In this document: positions 26,534-39,815 of the stretch, in pieces
Numbering within the stretch: position 1 is the stretch's first letter
How the letters are laid out: every line of letters begins with the position of its first letter
Source of the DNA: Octopus bimaculoides
Lineage: Eukaryota
DNA length: 64,000 bases
Direction of reading: 5' to 3'
NCBI RefSeq assembly: GCF_001194135.2
Contig: NC_068985.1
Location: 11,373,621 to 11,437,620, forward strand
The notes under the pieces: generated by a model
Database searches by the model: none
Told to the model about the DNA's origin: nothing
Seen by the model: the letters and a program-made list of their open reading frames with translations, nothing else
Position numbers and translations under genes: made by a program

Positions 26534-26965
26534 AACAACAAACAAGATGAGGACAAATATCCGTCGAATGTAAATAATAATGCAAATAATGTACATAATT
26601 CCTCATCTCTAAATATAGAACTGTACAACAAAAATTTGTTTCAGCACACGAATTCACATAAAGAATTTTACAGACTTCATACAAAAACGAACTAATAATA
26701 TTTAATTATAAAAATACAATAACATTTTTTTCTTTTAATAGTTCACATGGCTACCAGTGTCCAGCAGAGCAAAATGGGAAGCAAGGGGATCCATAGGCAA
26801 AGAGTGGTTAAGAACCACAGATCTAGAGAAAGAAAGGAAAATCAAGCCGTGTTGACTGACAACCGGAAAGATTCTACCTGAGAATGGTCTAAAAAAACTG
26901 AAACTTGCAGACAGATACACGACACAAACGCAATGACAGGTGGGGATACACGACATATATATTGT

Positions 26966-27333
26966 GGCACTCTGACTGTTACGACGCCACGGGTTCCTAT
27001 TGATCCGATAAACGGAACAGCCTCCTCGTGAAATTAACGTGCAAGTGGTTGAGCACTCCACAGACAAGTGGACCTTTAACGTAGTTCTCGGAGAGATTCA
27101 GCGTGACAAAGTGTGACAAGGCTGGCCCCTTTGAAATACAGGTACAACAGAAAGAGTGAGAGCAAGTTGTGGTGAAGGAGTACAGTAAGGTTCGCCACCA
27201 CCTTCTGCCGGAGCCTCGTGGAGGTTTAGATGTTTTCGCTCAATAAACACTGACAACGCCCGGTTTGGGAATCGAAATCGCGATCCTAGGACCGCTAGTC
27301 CGCTGCCCTAACCACTGGGCCATTGCACCTCCA
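26966..27333 (-). mobile_element. SINE family F3, full length
   Basis: Reverse complement of the 45170 copy; low-complexity candidate TSD ATATATATTGT at 26955-65 and 27337-47. Confidence 0.9.
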
Positions 27334-27529
27334 CATATATATATTGTAAATACAGTCCAAAACACAAAACTCTACTAGAGAGGTGTGTTTAAGTCCCGTA
27401 GTTCTGCAGTGAAATAATTAAAGAAAAAAGAGAATACATAACTGTACAACAACAACAATAATAATAATAATGAAGATGATGATCATTATCATCATCATGA
27501 TCGTGATTATGGTAACAGGAATAATAATT

Positions 27530-27670
27530 TCTACCAAAGGCACAGAGTCGATTTCATTGACCCCTATGCTCAACTGGTCCTTAATTCGTTGAACCCAGAA
27601 AGATGAAAAGCAAGCGCACAAAGTAAACAGTGGTAAGAAATGACGCTAAGCATTTTGAGCAACGCGCTAA
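27530..27670 (-). mobile_element. SINE family F2, old fragment
   Basis: GTCGATTTCATTGACCCC...CAACTGGT...GAAAGATGAAAAGCAAG...GCTAAGCATTT. Confidence 0.6.
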
Positions 27671-27677
27671 TAGTATT

Positions 27678-27712
<35 letters not shown>

Positions 27713-28022
27713 ATAGTAGTAGTTTCTGTTGTCTCTAGAATCCAGCGGAGGAGAGTAACGCGTAAACCTTACAAGATAACAGACGTAATTATGATAACAA
27801 TTGTGAAGATAATGACATCATCAATAACAACAACAACAAAAATAAATAAACAAAAAATAAAATAAAATTAATAGTAATAAGATGAAGAAGGAGAAGAAAA
27901 ATCGAGGAGAAAAAAATCAACAAAGAAAACAAAAAATCAATATTAACATGAAAGGAAACGGTATTAAAAGATAGTAGATTTTTAAATTTAGGTTTACGAT
28001 CATCAACTTCATCACTATTATT

Positions 28023-28067
<45 letters not shown>

Positions 28068-28794
28068 TCTCTTTAGGACAAACAGCAAGTTAGTAAATGT
28101 GACAAATACGAAGAAATATCCTCACTGCGTTCATTAAAGGCGTTTTAGTCCATAGTAGAGCTCACGTTTCTGATTTCCATCTGAGTAAAATATGTAGGTT
28201 GAATCAGAGCAACAGAATGCATAGTGGAACCGAACATTGAGACACGTGCAGAGTTGTAGATGAATATACGCTTGTATGTGTTTCTGCCTACATATATATG
28301 TATTTATATGTAATACTATGGTGAAACGGAAGATGCAGAAGGAGATGAATGAACAGCGTAGAGTGGTGGCGCTCTTAATTGGTTTGCTGGTTGGCTGTTT
28401 CATACAATGGCTGGCTGGCTGGCTGGCTGGTGGGTTGGATGGTTGAATGAATGGATGGAGGGATGCTTGAATGTTTAAATGTTTGGTCGGATGGAAAGAT
28501 GGATGGATGGATGGTGGGTGGTTGATAACCAGTAGTCTAGCTGTGTGGCTAGCAGTAAAAAAATGTGTATAATTGCTTTGCTAAAGTAGTCAGAGTGGAA
28601 GGCTTCGTAGAAGCGAAGCATTTGGACAGGCAGAGGAATGAGTGGATGAGATTTTTAGAATGCATTTTTGGTAAAAATAGTTCTGCAGGGTGTGGGTATG
28701 AATGGCAATGGATATCGAGATCGAGTAGAGTTTAAGGATTGCTTGTATAATTAAATTTAGAAAGCCCGGTCTCATTCAAACGGAAATATTGTTT

Positions 28795-29190
28795 ATCTTT
28801 TACCATTCACTTGTTTCAGTCATTGGACTGCAGCCATGCTGGGGCACCACCTTTTTAGTCGCATGTATCGACACCTGTACTTATTTTTAAAGTGTAGTTC
28901 TTATTCTATCCGTTCCTTTTGCTAAGTCGCTAAGTTACGGGGATGTAAACACACCAGTACTGGTTGTCCAGCAGTGATGGGCGACAAACGCACATGCAAA
29001 GGCACGCACACACACACACACATTCGCGCGCGCGTAATGGCCCTCTTTCAGTTTCCCTCTACCAAATCCACACACAAGATTGTGCTCACCCCGAGCCTAT
29101 GATACAAGGCACTTGCCCAAGGTGTCACGTAGTTGGATTGAACACAGAACTATGTGGTTCAGAAGCAAGCTTACCATATTGCCACGCCTG
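28795..29190 (-). mobile_element. SINE family F1, diverged full-length copy
   Basis: CTTGTTTCAGTCATTGGACTGCAGCCATGCTGG...AC tract...CACTTGCCCAAGG...GCAAGCTTACCA. Confidence 0.8.
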
Positions 29191-29237
29191 CATCTGTCTG
29201 TATGTTTGTATATATAACAAAAAAATATTGTTAATAT

Positions 29238-29456
29238 TATTTCTTTACTGTCCACAAGGAGTTAAACATAGAGGGTACAAACAAGGGATTAAATCGATTA
29301 CATCGACTCCAGTGCGTAACTGGGACTTAATTTATTGACCCCGAAAGGATGAACGGCAAAGTTGACCTCGGCGGAATTTGAACTCAGAACGTAGCGGCAG
29401 ACGAAATACCGCTAAGCATTTCGCCCGGCGTGCTAACGTTTCTGCCGCTCGACGCT
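29238..29456 (-). mobile_element. SINE family F2 monomer, tail-B
   Basis: Complete head and body; TSD ATTGTTAATAT at 29227-37 and 29463-73. Confidence 0.9.
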
Positions 29457-30514
29457 GTTAAGATTGTTAATATGTTGTAGGCTTGGAATCGGTACAGTGT
29501 ATGCTTGAGTTTTATGCAAAGTGTCTTTTCTCTTAATGGAAAACAATGCCCAATTTATGAACGATTTGTCTTTGTATAGAGTGCTTTGAACATTCCTCAG
29601 AAAGATGGATATATGCGTAGTTTGTATCCTTGTATGCGACAGACAGTGTTTATATAAATGGAACTGTGATTTCCCCTCAAGATTGAAACAAATGCAACTA
29701 TACCATTGCCTTGGTTTTTACTGATGACTGCTTGGTTCTCGTACATTTTTTTGTTATTTGATTGTCATTATTTATAGTTGGCACTATTCAGAGTCTGTCT
29801 AAAAGGTTAGAAAGTAATTGAATGGTGTCTTTTTCAGGTAAACTGGGGCACCAAATTGTGACACTTGCATTTCAGAAAAAATAAAAGAAAGACAACAAAA
29901 AAAATTAAATAACGAATGTAGTGACACAGTACATTTGAGGTTCCAAATTTGAGCTAATTACTGATTTTTATGGTTGTACGCAATCGGAGAACTCCTTTGA
30001 AAATATGTTTTATTGAGATATCAATTAAACGTTCCGGGGGGGGGGGGCAATTAAACAGGAGCAAGGTCTTTTGAAAGTAATGATGACGCAATGAGTGAAA
30101 TGTTATAAATGTTTGAATATCAATCGATAGAAATATCGGTAGATTCCTGGATCAAAGAATATTTCATTGGATTAATGGAGGAACGGGAAAAAAATTAATT
30201 GTCGAACGGTTATTATCTGAATGTAAAGGTGCTTGAGGTGCACGAATGTTAAATGGTATTACGAATTAAGGTGAAAACTTCCGAGTGATTTAATATAATG
30301 GCCGGTCAGATACGTGCATAATGTTTATATAAAGAATTTATTAGGTACTTAATTATACAGAAGTGATGAAGGAGATATGCATAGATAAATAAATATATGC
30401 AATTAAATGGGGACTGTTAAAGGGATACAGTCTATAAGTGCGGCTAACAGCTTAAATAGCTCGTATTCAGTCAAGAATTAGATATTACATATATATACAT
30501 GCATACATACATAC

Positions 30515-30566
<52 letters not shown>

Positions 30567-30754
30567 AGGGAGAGAGAGAAAAAGGGATAGAGAGAAAGAT
30601 AGGCAGATAAATAGATAGACAGATAGATTATTAATGTGCCTCTCTATCTGTCAATCAAAAGGATTGACAGACATGTTGATAGATAGGTAGACAAATACAT
30701 AAGTTGGTAAATCGATAGAGAGATAGACAGAGAGACAGATGACAGATAGACGGA

Positions 30755-30765
30755 CAGACATAGAC

Positions 30766-30812
<47 letters not shown>

Positions 30813-30845
30813 CATATATAGACAGATAGACAGACAGAGGGATAG
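30755..30845. repeat. (AGAT/AGAC)n microsatellite
   Basis: Direct inspection. Confidence 0.95.
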
Positions 30846-31257
30846 AAAGGTAGTGAGATAGGATAAAATAGATAAAGAGTAAATGAGGTAGAGGGAGAGG
30901 GAGAAAGTAAGTGTGAGGGAGAGAGATAGAGAGATAGAATATGGCCTACAAAGAAAGATGTTACTTATATTTCTATAGTTTTTTTCGGGACCTGAAATGA
31001 TAAACGACGCAAGGAATTTATATTTGCAAGTAAATGTATGTATGTATGTATGTATGTATATATGGATGGATGGAAGGGAGGGAAGTGGGAGAGTGGAGGG
31101 GAGGAAGGTGGGGGTAGGTAAGGGCTGGTTTATAAAGAGGTATGATTCGGGGCCGGGTATGTGCATGTATATAGAGCGACATGGTGACAAGAGTGTATGC
31201 AACAACTTGATTCGGAGAAAATTTAGTGAAACAGATGATATTAATATACACACAGAT

Positions 31258-31261
<4 letters not shown>

Positions 31262-31356
<95 letters not shown>

Positions 31357-31363
31357 CATACGT

Positions 31364-31395
<32 letters not shown>
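31262..31395. repeat. (GA)n of about 85 bp followed by (AGAT)n
   Basis: Direct inspection. Confidence 0.95.
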
Positions 31396-31396
<1 letters not shown>

Positions 31397-32282
31397 GTAC
31401 ACTGGTAAAGTGATACAGACAAACAGACAGATAGATTGATAGACAGACAGAGTGATAGATACGTAGGTAGATAGAACGATAGGAAAACGGATAGGTAGAT
31501 ATGTAGATAGATAGATAAAGTCAGAAATGTGTTCGGTAAGTAGCTACAAAACTAGGTAGGTGGAAGAGCATAGGGTATTATTCGGTTTGTAAAGCAGCGT
31601 TGCAAGGCGATGCATATAGTGAATGGGTTAGAAGAGAATTCGTAAACAAACAGATACATAAATAAGACAACAACTGTGATGATGGTAACAAAAAAGCAAC
31701 AAGAACAAGTTAATAGTGTGTGAAAGTGAAAGTAAAAGTGGGTGTGCGTGCGTGTGTGTGTGTGTGTGTACGTGCACGTGGCAAAATGATAAGTTTAGTT
31801 TGATAGTAAGTTTGTATAGAGAGCAAAGCAACGAATTCACAGGTGGATGAGATGACGACGCGATGAATGAAAGAATTGATTTAGTTGGGAAGAAAAGAAA
31901 AGAAAAAAAAACAAACAAAACAAAGAAAAAGTACAACAAATTTAAAACGAATAAATAAATAATTGTGTTCTAAAAATAACGAAATCACTAAAATGAAATA
32001 ACGGTAGGAAGAGAAAAGCAAAATAATACATTGTAAAATTACAAAAATACAAAAAGAAAACCGACATAAAAAGCAGGAGGAAAATATATAAGAAAAGAAG
32101 AAACAGAAAAAGTTCTTTCGGGTGGAATGTTGTGGAGAAATCACAGACAGAATTAACATGTGATCTTGGAATAATAATAATAATAATAATAATAAAATTC
32201 CATTTCGACTATAAACTGCAAAGCATCACTTCTCGTGCTCATTACCTTCACATCTCAAGTGAGTTCTATAAATAAGTATGCG

Positions 32283-32335
<53 letters not shown>

Positions 32336-33486
32336 TGCACACGTGCATACATNNNNNNNNNNNNNNNNNNNNNNNNNNNNNNNNNNNNNNNNNNNNNNNN
32401 NNNNNNNNNNNNNNNNNNNNNNNNNNNNNNNNNNNNNNNNNNNNNNNNNNNNNNNNNNNNNNNNNNNNNNNNNNNNNNNNNNNNNNNNNNNNNNNNNNNN
32501 NNNNNNNNNNNNNNNNNNNNNNNNNNNNNNNNNNNNNNNNNNNNNNNNNNNNNNNNNNNNNNNNNNNNNNNNNNNNNNNNNNNNNNNNNNNNNNNNNNNN
32601 NNNNNNNNNNNNNNNNNNNNNNNNNNNNNNNNNNNNNNNNNNNNNNNNNNNNNNNNNNNNNNNNNNNNNNNNNNNNNNNNNNNNNNNNNNNNNNNNNNNN
32701 NNNNNNNNNNNNNNNNNNNNNNNNNNNNNNNNNNNNNNNNNNNNNNNNNNNNNNNNNNNNNNNNNNNNNNNNNNNNNNNNNNNNNNNNNNNNNNNNNNNN
32801 NNNNNNNNNNNNNNNNNNNNNNNNNNNNNNNNNNNNNNNNNNNGTGTGTGTGTGTGTGTGTGTGTGTGAGGCATGGTGAGAGTGCATATTTATATGCGTA
32901 TGTGTATGTGTTCGTGGGAGATAGTTTATTCAATCTGTCAGTATATTATTAGGATTTAGATCGATGTTTAAGCATTTTCGCTGCCAGTATTCTTGCGTTT
33001 CATCCCGTCGATATCGGGCACGTGTTAAATGAGTGTGTATATATGATTATACCTATACGTTTATGTGTGTGTATGTATATACGTATTATATATTACTGGG
33101 TATTTGAAAGTAACTTACAAACATGTGTTTAGTTGATTCGCTTTGTGCTCCTCTGTGTGTGTGTGTGCGTGCGCTCGCCTGTGCGTGTACATGCTTCTCA
33201 TAAGTGAAATTTGTTGGTATTGACGCTAAGACACAGGTCAGCTCCGATCAATCAAATTTCCAATGAAAGTTATCGAACCCGTGTCCATCCATTTTTGCCT
33301 TCAGTGCAATCATGTGCAGCCAATATGTCTTTTATCTTTTTTTCATAAACGGTAAAATGTGATTTCACTGAAATCTGGCTATCGATTTTAGTAAGTCAAG
33401 CGAACACATTTACGATCGTTCGTATGTTTTATGCATGTATGTTATAACCGAAAAATTAAGTTATTCGCTTGCAATAAAGGAGGCTC

Positions 33487-33705
33487 TGTAGTAAAGATTC
33501 TTAGCCAACATAACATGGCATTCCTGGTTTAGGACTAATGTTGCTGTAAATTAGCCCCAGGAGACATCGTCTCCAGCTGGCTATAGGACACGATCTGTGT
33601 CCTTATATTTTCGAACAAGAGAATCTAGCATCCCCACTCAGCTTAAAACAAGATCTATGTATCGCGATTTCTGGGTTATTTCTCTTCATCATCAGAAGCA
33701 CAGAG
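33487..33705. repeat. Unclassified dispersed repeat G, copy 1
   Basis: Colinear with 58569-58775, with few differences by eye, from TGTAGTAAAGATT to TTTCTCTTCATCA. Confidence 0.8.
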
Positions 33706-33721
33706 GGATGCTCTATATCAA

Positions 33722-33995
33722 CAGGTACGTGGCTTACTCTTTTGTGAGGATGTGAGTTCGATTCCCGACGACGCGTTGTGTTCTTCAGGAAGACACGTTG
33801 TTCTCCTTCACTCAGTTGCCAAAATGAACTGTACCCGCAATTCAAAGGTCTGGTCACATTCGGTGCGTCACGTTGAATCACTCGAACTGCATTGAGGGTA
33901 CGCGTGATTGTGAAACGCCCAGCCTCTTGCACACGTTAATTTCACGCGCAAGATGTTCGTTTGATGGAATCGATTGGATCCCGCATCGTCGTAAA
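33722..33995 (+). mobile_element. SINE family F4, diverged copy
   Basis: GAGTTCGATTCCCGACGACGCGTTGTG..CTT.AG.AAGACAC and an F3-like tail (CACGTTAATTTCACG...CATCGTCGTAA), like 10419. Confidence 0.65.
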
Positions 33996-34061
33996 AGTCT
34001 GAGCTCCGGAATTTCAGACAAGTATCTTTTACCGTAGTCTCGGGTAGACTGATACCTTTTG

Positions 34062-34373
34062 GATGAAATTAACGTGCAAGTGGCTGAGCACTACACAGAC
34101 AACACGTGTACCCTTAACGTAGTTCTCAGGGAGATTCAACGTACCACAGAGTGAGCCAACACGCTGGCCCTTTGAAATACATGTACAACAGAAACAGCAA
34201 GAGGAAGTTGTGGTGAAAGAGTGCAGCAGGGTTCACCACCATCCCCTGCCGGAGCCTAGTGGAACTTTAGGTGTTTTTGCTCAATAAACACTCACAACAC
34301 CCGGTCTGGGAATCGAAACCGCAAACCTACGACCGCGAGTCCGCTGCCCTAACCACTGGGCCATTGCGCCTCC
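34062..34373 (-). mobile_element. SINE family F3, near full length
   Basis: Ends CCTAACCACTGGGCCATTGCGCCTCC on the plus strand. Confidence 0.9.
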
Positions 34374-37300
34374 GGATGAACTACACCAATAATCTAAAGT
34401 ATAGACTTGTTATATACTATGTTACGTCGATTCAACCTGCAATTTACGCTAAGATTATACATGTCAGTAGAGTATTTTTATTCTTATACACTATTTCAAT
34501 AAGAATGGATAGATTATTTCGTTGATCTAATTTCCCGAATATTCATCGACGAAATCGGCGGAGACCCACTCTCATTATATATGTGTTAAACTAAAGCTCA
34601 CACAATTAGAGTTTGAAATTCGTTTATTTCTGTATGTGAGTTGATTTTTACTTTGCAAATAGAATTCTAGACTATCCAATAGTCACCAATTGTTTGTTAT
34701 ATAATGGTGCCTTGATTTAGTATTTAGCTGTTTGTTCATATGTAACATGAAAAAAAAATGAAAAACAATTGTCGCGTCTAGATTAGTATCCGTTTATCAT
34801 TTCATAAGTTAATATATCTATCAAATGGCTTTCTTAAATCAAATGAAAATAAACTGTGATAATACTCTCATGTCGCACGTTGCCATAATAAAAATGGAGA
34901 CATTCGATAATGTTGCCCTAAATACACTGTGTATTAAAACATATGAGCTAGTTTGTTCCGGGCAAATCATTAATTTGTACCTGTTGGCGACGTTCGGAAT
35001 GAAACATACCGTTGAAGGACCCAGTGACAGGTGAAATAGGAGATGGTTCTGTGGCTAAGGCTTGGAGGACTCATAGGAGGATGGTCCATGGTATGAGTGT
35101 TATTAGCCCACCGATTTGAGAATATTCCCTGATATCACATGAATCAGTCACTGTCTCTAATGATTAAATACGCCCTGTAGAGTAGGGAACGGGCTAAGTA
35201 AACTGTATGTAGAGAACAGAAGGTAACGAGGAAACACGGATATATTGTTCCCCAGAATAATCATGGTTCTTTAGATTTTAGCATGGAGATCCATGATGGC
35301 TGACGCCTGTAAAATATGTATGATACATTGAGTCAGAAAGAGAATCAATATGGCATGAATTCCTTTTATCATAGACCAGACACAAAGAGTTTGACTAGAA
35401 ACTAAATAATAACAACCTCAACACACAAATGATTGTATGATTATGGCTTTTCACTGGATTCGGAATGATATTGTCTCTTTAAACTGAAGAGATTTTGGTG
35501 AAGAGATCCAATGATTATATTCCCATTATAGGAAAAGTTGTCTGAGTTTTGCAATCTTATAGTTACGGAGGATGGGGCGTATTTCCAAGTATTGCCATCG
35601 TCACTTTGAGGGAGATATATCCAGTGTCAAGGGTGACAAAAAGCAACTGGCACTTCATCTGCAGCAAGTTACTAGAACATTTCTGCCGTAAATTGCTTTA
35701 AAACTGGCCGTTACAGCTTGTTTTATTCATATGTGTACACTCCTAGCCGTTGAGTTTCTGGAAACCAAGAAATTCCATTATCTAATTATCTTATACTAAA
35801 AACCACAAAAGAAAAATGTGGAAACTCAAGTTATATTATTAGTGTTATTTCTTTAAAACTCGAAAGAAGGAAAAAAGTTCTATGTTTCGGACAGTTGTTC
35901 TACCTCACAGAAAAGAAGAAAAAGATGAAAGACAGAGAAAGTGAAAAGGAAAAAAAAATTCTGGAAGGAAATTACACGTGTCGTTAGTTTTGAGGTATGA
36001 TGTGAATTGTGGACGGAATGTGTACAGCAGAGGGGGGAAAGACGATGTGTAGGTGTGTAGGTGAAGAGAGCGTTAGTAAAGGGAGACAACGATGGCCGAG
36101 CAAGAGAGTTGTATAAGCGAACTTGTGTTTATATGCGTAGATTGTGTCGGGACGAACGTATGTGTGTTGTACTATTAATAGTAACATGCGTTGCATATAA
36201 TGCAAAAAATGCTGGTATATGTTTAGAGCTGTTTTAAGTGGGGCGAAATAGTGTGCTTGTGTCTATGCATGCGTACGTGTGTGTATGTGTGTGTGTGTTG
36301 TTACCAAACTTTACCATAATCCCGAATCGCAATCTCTTTGTGATCTGCACGTTTGTCTTAATTTCTTATTTCAATTGACCTCGTTTATGTAGCTCGTGCA
36401 TACATCTCGTCCGAACGTATTTTCAATTAGTTTCGCTATTCTAGTCACACAATTTACCTTAGCTGCTGTCTCCAGGACAATGTCCTTCCACAAGGATCCC
36501 ACTTGCTGCTCATTAACAATACTATTTATTCTGCGTCCTTCCTTGAACATATTCTAACTTTTCTCATCGACTCGTCTCATGCCAACATCCACTCTACTGA
36601 TATCCATGATTTGAACGCAGTTCACTGAGGTTGGGACGGATGCATCAAAATTGTTCTATTCAAACACCTAATGGCTCTGCAACCTCTCTGATGTTGTAAT
36701 TACAGGAATGCCTCGATATACGAGTTAATTTGTTCCCGAAGATCGCTCGCCCGAAAAGCAGAGCAATGATTCCCCATAGTAGCAATGAAATTTTATGCTG
36801 TCATGTTACCCCGACGGTATGTAGACTTGTTAGAACCAGTGCTGCCACGTGTTGCAACTTTGTCATACACACAAAATGGCTGTTTAAAATGAAACTCGTG
36901 AATCCGGGGTCTCGTAAAGCGAGTCCTCGTAAGGTGAAGTATTACTCTATTTATCAAAATGCTGAGACTTTCTACCCCACCCCTGAAAGTTTTAGCAGAT
37001 GGATCTAACAAAGAACAAAATATATATCTGTACCTATATACATAAGCACATACAAACCTCGAGGCCATAAATATGTACGATTTTTTTCCTAACATCTTTT
37101 GCTGATAACAATTATTCAGATAGACACTCGCGTTAACGACGGTCCTCCTATCTTCTGACAGTTCCTTACTGGCATGCCAGCTTTAGAAAAAATTCTTGAT
37201 TATTGTGATAATCTCCCCTTTTCATATAGGGCTGGTCATATTAGCCATTTCATAATTACGACACATCGGAGTTAATGTTGTATGGTGTATGGAATATCTG

Positions 37301-38274
37301 CATACGTCCACGCATCACAATCCACTCTGAGTTATTTCCCCTAGCTCAGTTTGTTTAAACTACAGGTTTGTTTACACTACAGATTCATAGACACCTACAC
37401 ACACATTACATATTATATATATATACATAAGTATGCATGTATATTTGTAGGTATGGCTGTATGTACGGTGTTTGTGTGCGTGTCTGTGCGTGAGTGTGTG
37501 CCTCACTGCCGTCGCCGTTCTGTGTTTTGTTGTGTATGTACTTGGTAACAGTCTGCGGTAGTTGGCTACAATCTGAAGCCAATTGGTGCGAGCTTCCAAT
37601 GTAGTGAATGTTGTTATTGTAGAATGGAATGACAAAGAACGATGAGACAATACCTCTAAAATCCAATATGATAGAAACCTGAGAGCGAAGATAAGTCTGT
37701 GAAATACAGTGAAGATGTTTCAGTATCGGATGTATTGAATAAGCAGTTAGGAATGCGAACAGATTCTGGAATTCTTTGAGTTGAAATCATTAGTAATAGA
37801 AAATAAAACGGCGTCAGTAAACATACATGTACACATATAGTGTATGTGCGCGTGTGTATAAACATGTACATATATATGTACACATATATATAAATATACA
37901 TGTATATGTGTGTGTATACGAGTGCGTGTGTGTGTTTACATACGCGCTGATACACACGCACGCACATATATAACTGTTACCACTATTAGTAATACGACGG
38001 TAGGTTATGCCACAACAAAAGCTTACAGCAGCAAAATGGGGAGAATATCCATAGGTATATGCGTGTGTGAAAGCCTATGCTTCCATGTGTGTGTGTGTAT
38101 GTGTGTGTGTGTGCTGTAGTTGAAAATGCAAATTTAATGGATAAAACAGATTTCTAGGAATTTATTCCCCACACGTCGTTAATGACCACACTGGTTTTCC
38201 ATATCCGGTTTGGTCAACTAGGAGTGAAGAAGGAAGCGAGAGCGAGCTGTTCTACAATGTAAATGCGGTGTATA

Positions 38275-38312
<38 letters not shown>

Positions 38313-38576
38313 TCTTTCGGAGTGTGTTTGGTAGGGGTAGGGGTAGCTGTTTACTTATGATAAAATATTGCATAAAGTCGCTAAGACATAAAATTTTAAT
38401 GAGCATAGAATAGCTTAGCATAGAATAAAGGAAAGCAAGATATTGTCATTTTGATACAAGCCAAGGATGGTTCTGTTCAAGTTGACCTATTATCAGAAGC
38501 GTTCTTGATTTGACCATCCTGTTTTCTTATCAGGCATCCTGAATTCAGGATCTACTACATTACTTTTGCGTTACAA

Positions 38577-38630
38577 AGTAGTAGTAGTATTATTATTATT
38601 ATTATTATTATTATTGTTATTGTTATTGTT

Positions 38631-38666
<36 letters not shown>

Positions 38667-38712
38667 GCTGTTGTTGCTGTTGTTATTGTTATTGTTGTTA
38701 TTGTTATTGTTG

Positions 38713-38749
<37 letters not shown>

Positions 38750-38750
38750 C
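38577..38750. repeat. Compound trinucleotide array (GTA)/(TTA)/(TTG)/(CTG)
   Basis: Direct inspection. Confidence 0.95.
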
Positions 38751-39422
38751 ACCACTAAGGCGCCGAGCTGNNNNNNNNNNNNNNNNNNNNNNNNNNNNNN
38801 NNNNNNNNNNNNNNNNNNNNNNNNNNNNNNNNNNNNNNNNNNNNNNNNNNNNNNNNNNNNNNNNNNNNNNNNNNNNNNNNNNNNNNNNNNNNNNNNNNNN
38901 NNNNNNNNNNNNNNNNNNNNNNNNNNNNNNNNNNNNNNNNNNNNNNNNNNNNNNNNNNNNNNNNNNNNNNNNNNNNNNNNNNNNNNNNNNNNNNNNNNNN
39001 NNNNNNNNNNNNNNNNNNNNNNNNNNNNNNNNNNNNNNNNNNNNNNNNNNNNNNNNNNNNNNNNNNNNNNNNNNNNNNNNNNNNNNNNNNNNNNNNNNNN
39101 NNNNNNNNNNNNNNNNNNNNNNNNNNNNNNNNNNNNNNNNNNNNNNNNNNNNNNNNNNNNNNNNNNNNNNNNNNNNNNNNNNNNNNNNNNNNNNNNNNNN
39201 NNNNNNNNNNNNNNNNNNNNNNNNNNNNNNNNNNNNNNNNNNNNNNNNNNNNNNNNNNNNNNNNNNNNNNNNNNNNNNNNNNNNNNNNNNNNNNNNNNNN
39301 NNNNNNNNNNNNNNNNNNNNNNNNNNNNNNNNNNNNNNNNNNNNNNNNNNNNNNNNNNNNNNNNNNNNNNNNNNNNNNNNNNGTATGCTCTACTTTATAA
39401 CTCCTTCGTCTTCTAATATATT

Positions 39423-39815
39423 TTCTTTTCTACTCTAGGCACAAGGCTCGAAATTTTGGGTGAGGGAGCCAGTCGATTAGATCGACCCAGTACGCAACTG
39501 GTACTTAATTTATCGATATCGAAAGGATGAAAGGCAAAGTCGGCAGAATTTGGACTCAGAACTCAAAGACAGACGAAATACCTATTTCGTTATTGCCTAC
39601 AACGGGCTAAAAATAGAGGGGACAGACAAGGACAGACAAAGGGATTAAGTCGATTACATCGACCCCAGTGCGTAACTGGTACTTAATTTATCGACCCCGA
39701 AAGGATGAAAGGTAAAGTCGACCTCGGCGGAATTTGAACTCAGAACGTCACAGCAGACGAAATACCGCTAAGCATTTCGCCCAGCGTGCTAACGTTTCTG
39801 CCAGTTCGCTGCCGT
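39423..39815 (-). mobile_element. SINE family F2 dimer (tail-B monomer + clipped tail-A monomer)
   Basis: Junction 39565-96 is the exact reverse complement of 44824-55. Confidence 0.85.

Larger units (their letters stand above)
26157..26624. mobile_element. Hammerhead-bearing, tRNA-box-containing retroelement with inverted 5' part (Penelope-like/retrozyme-like, non-autonomous)
   Basis: 13-bp direct repeat ACAACAAAAATTT at 26144-56 and 26625-37. Minus arm 26478->26157 is A/B box + (AAT)n + hammerhead; plus arm 26478-26624 is a second hammerhead tail. Confidence 0.75.
25836..26820. mobile_element. hAT (Charlie/Buster-like) MITE carrying nested insertions
   Basis: Termini CAGTGATGCTCAAC and, in reverse complement, CTGTGGTTCTTAAC (10/14 match). 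8-bp flanks ATCCAGAG (25828-35) and ATCTAGAG (26821-28) fit the NTCTAGAN target preference of this group. Confidence 0.7.

Noticed and set aside
28318-28446. Short ORF resembling GPCR helix 6 (EQRRVVALLIGLLVGCFIQW)
   Set aside because: Runs into a (GGCT)n repeat, lacks CWxP, has no splice context; probably chance.
36390-36640. Minus-strand peptide ...GSLWKDIVLETAAK, reminiscent of a LINE ORF2 linker
   Set aside because: In-frame stop upstream, similarity too vague to call.
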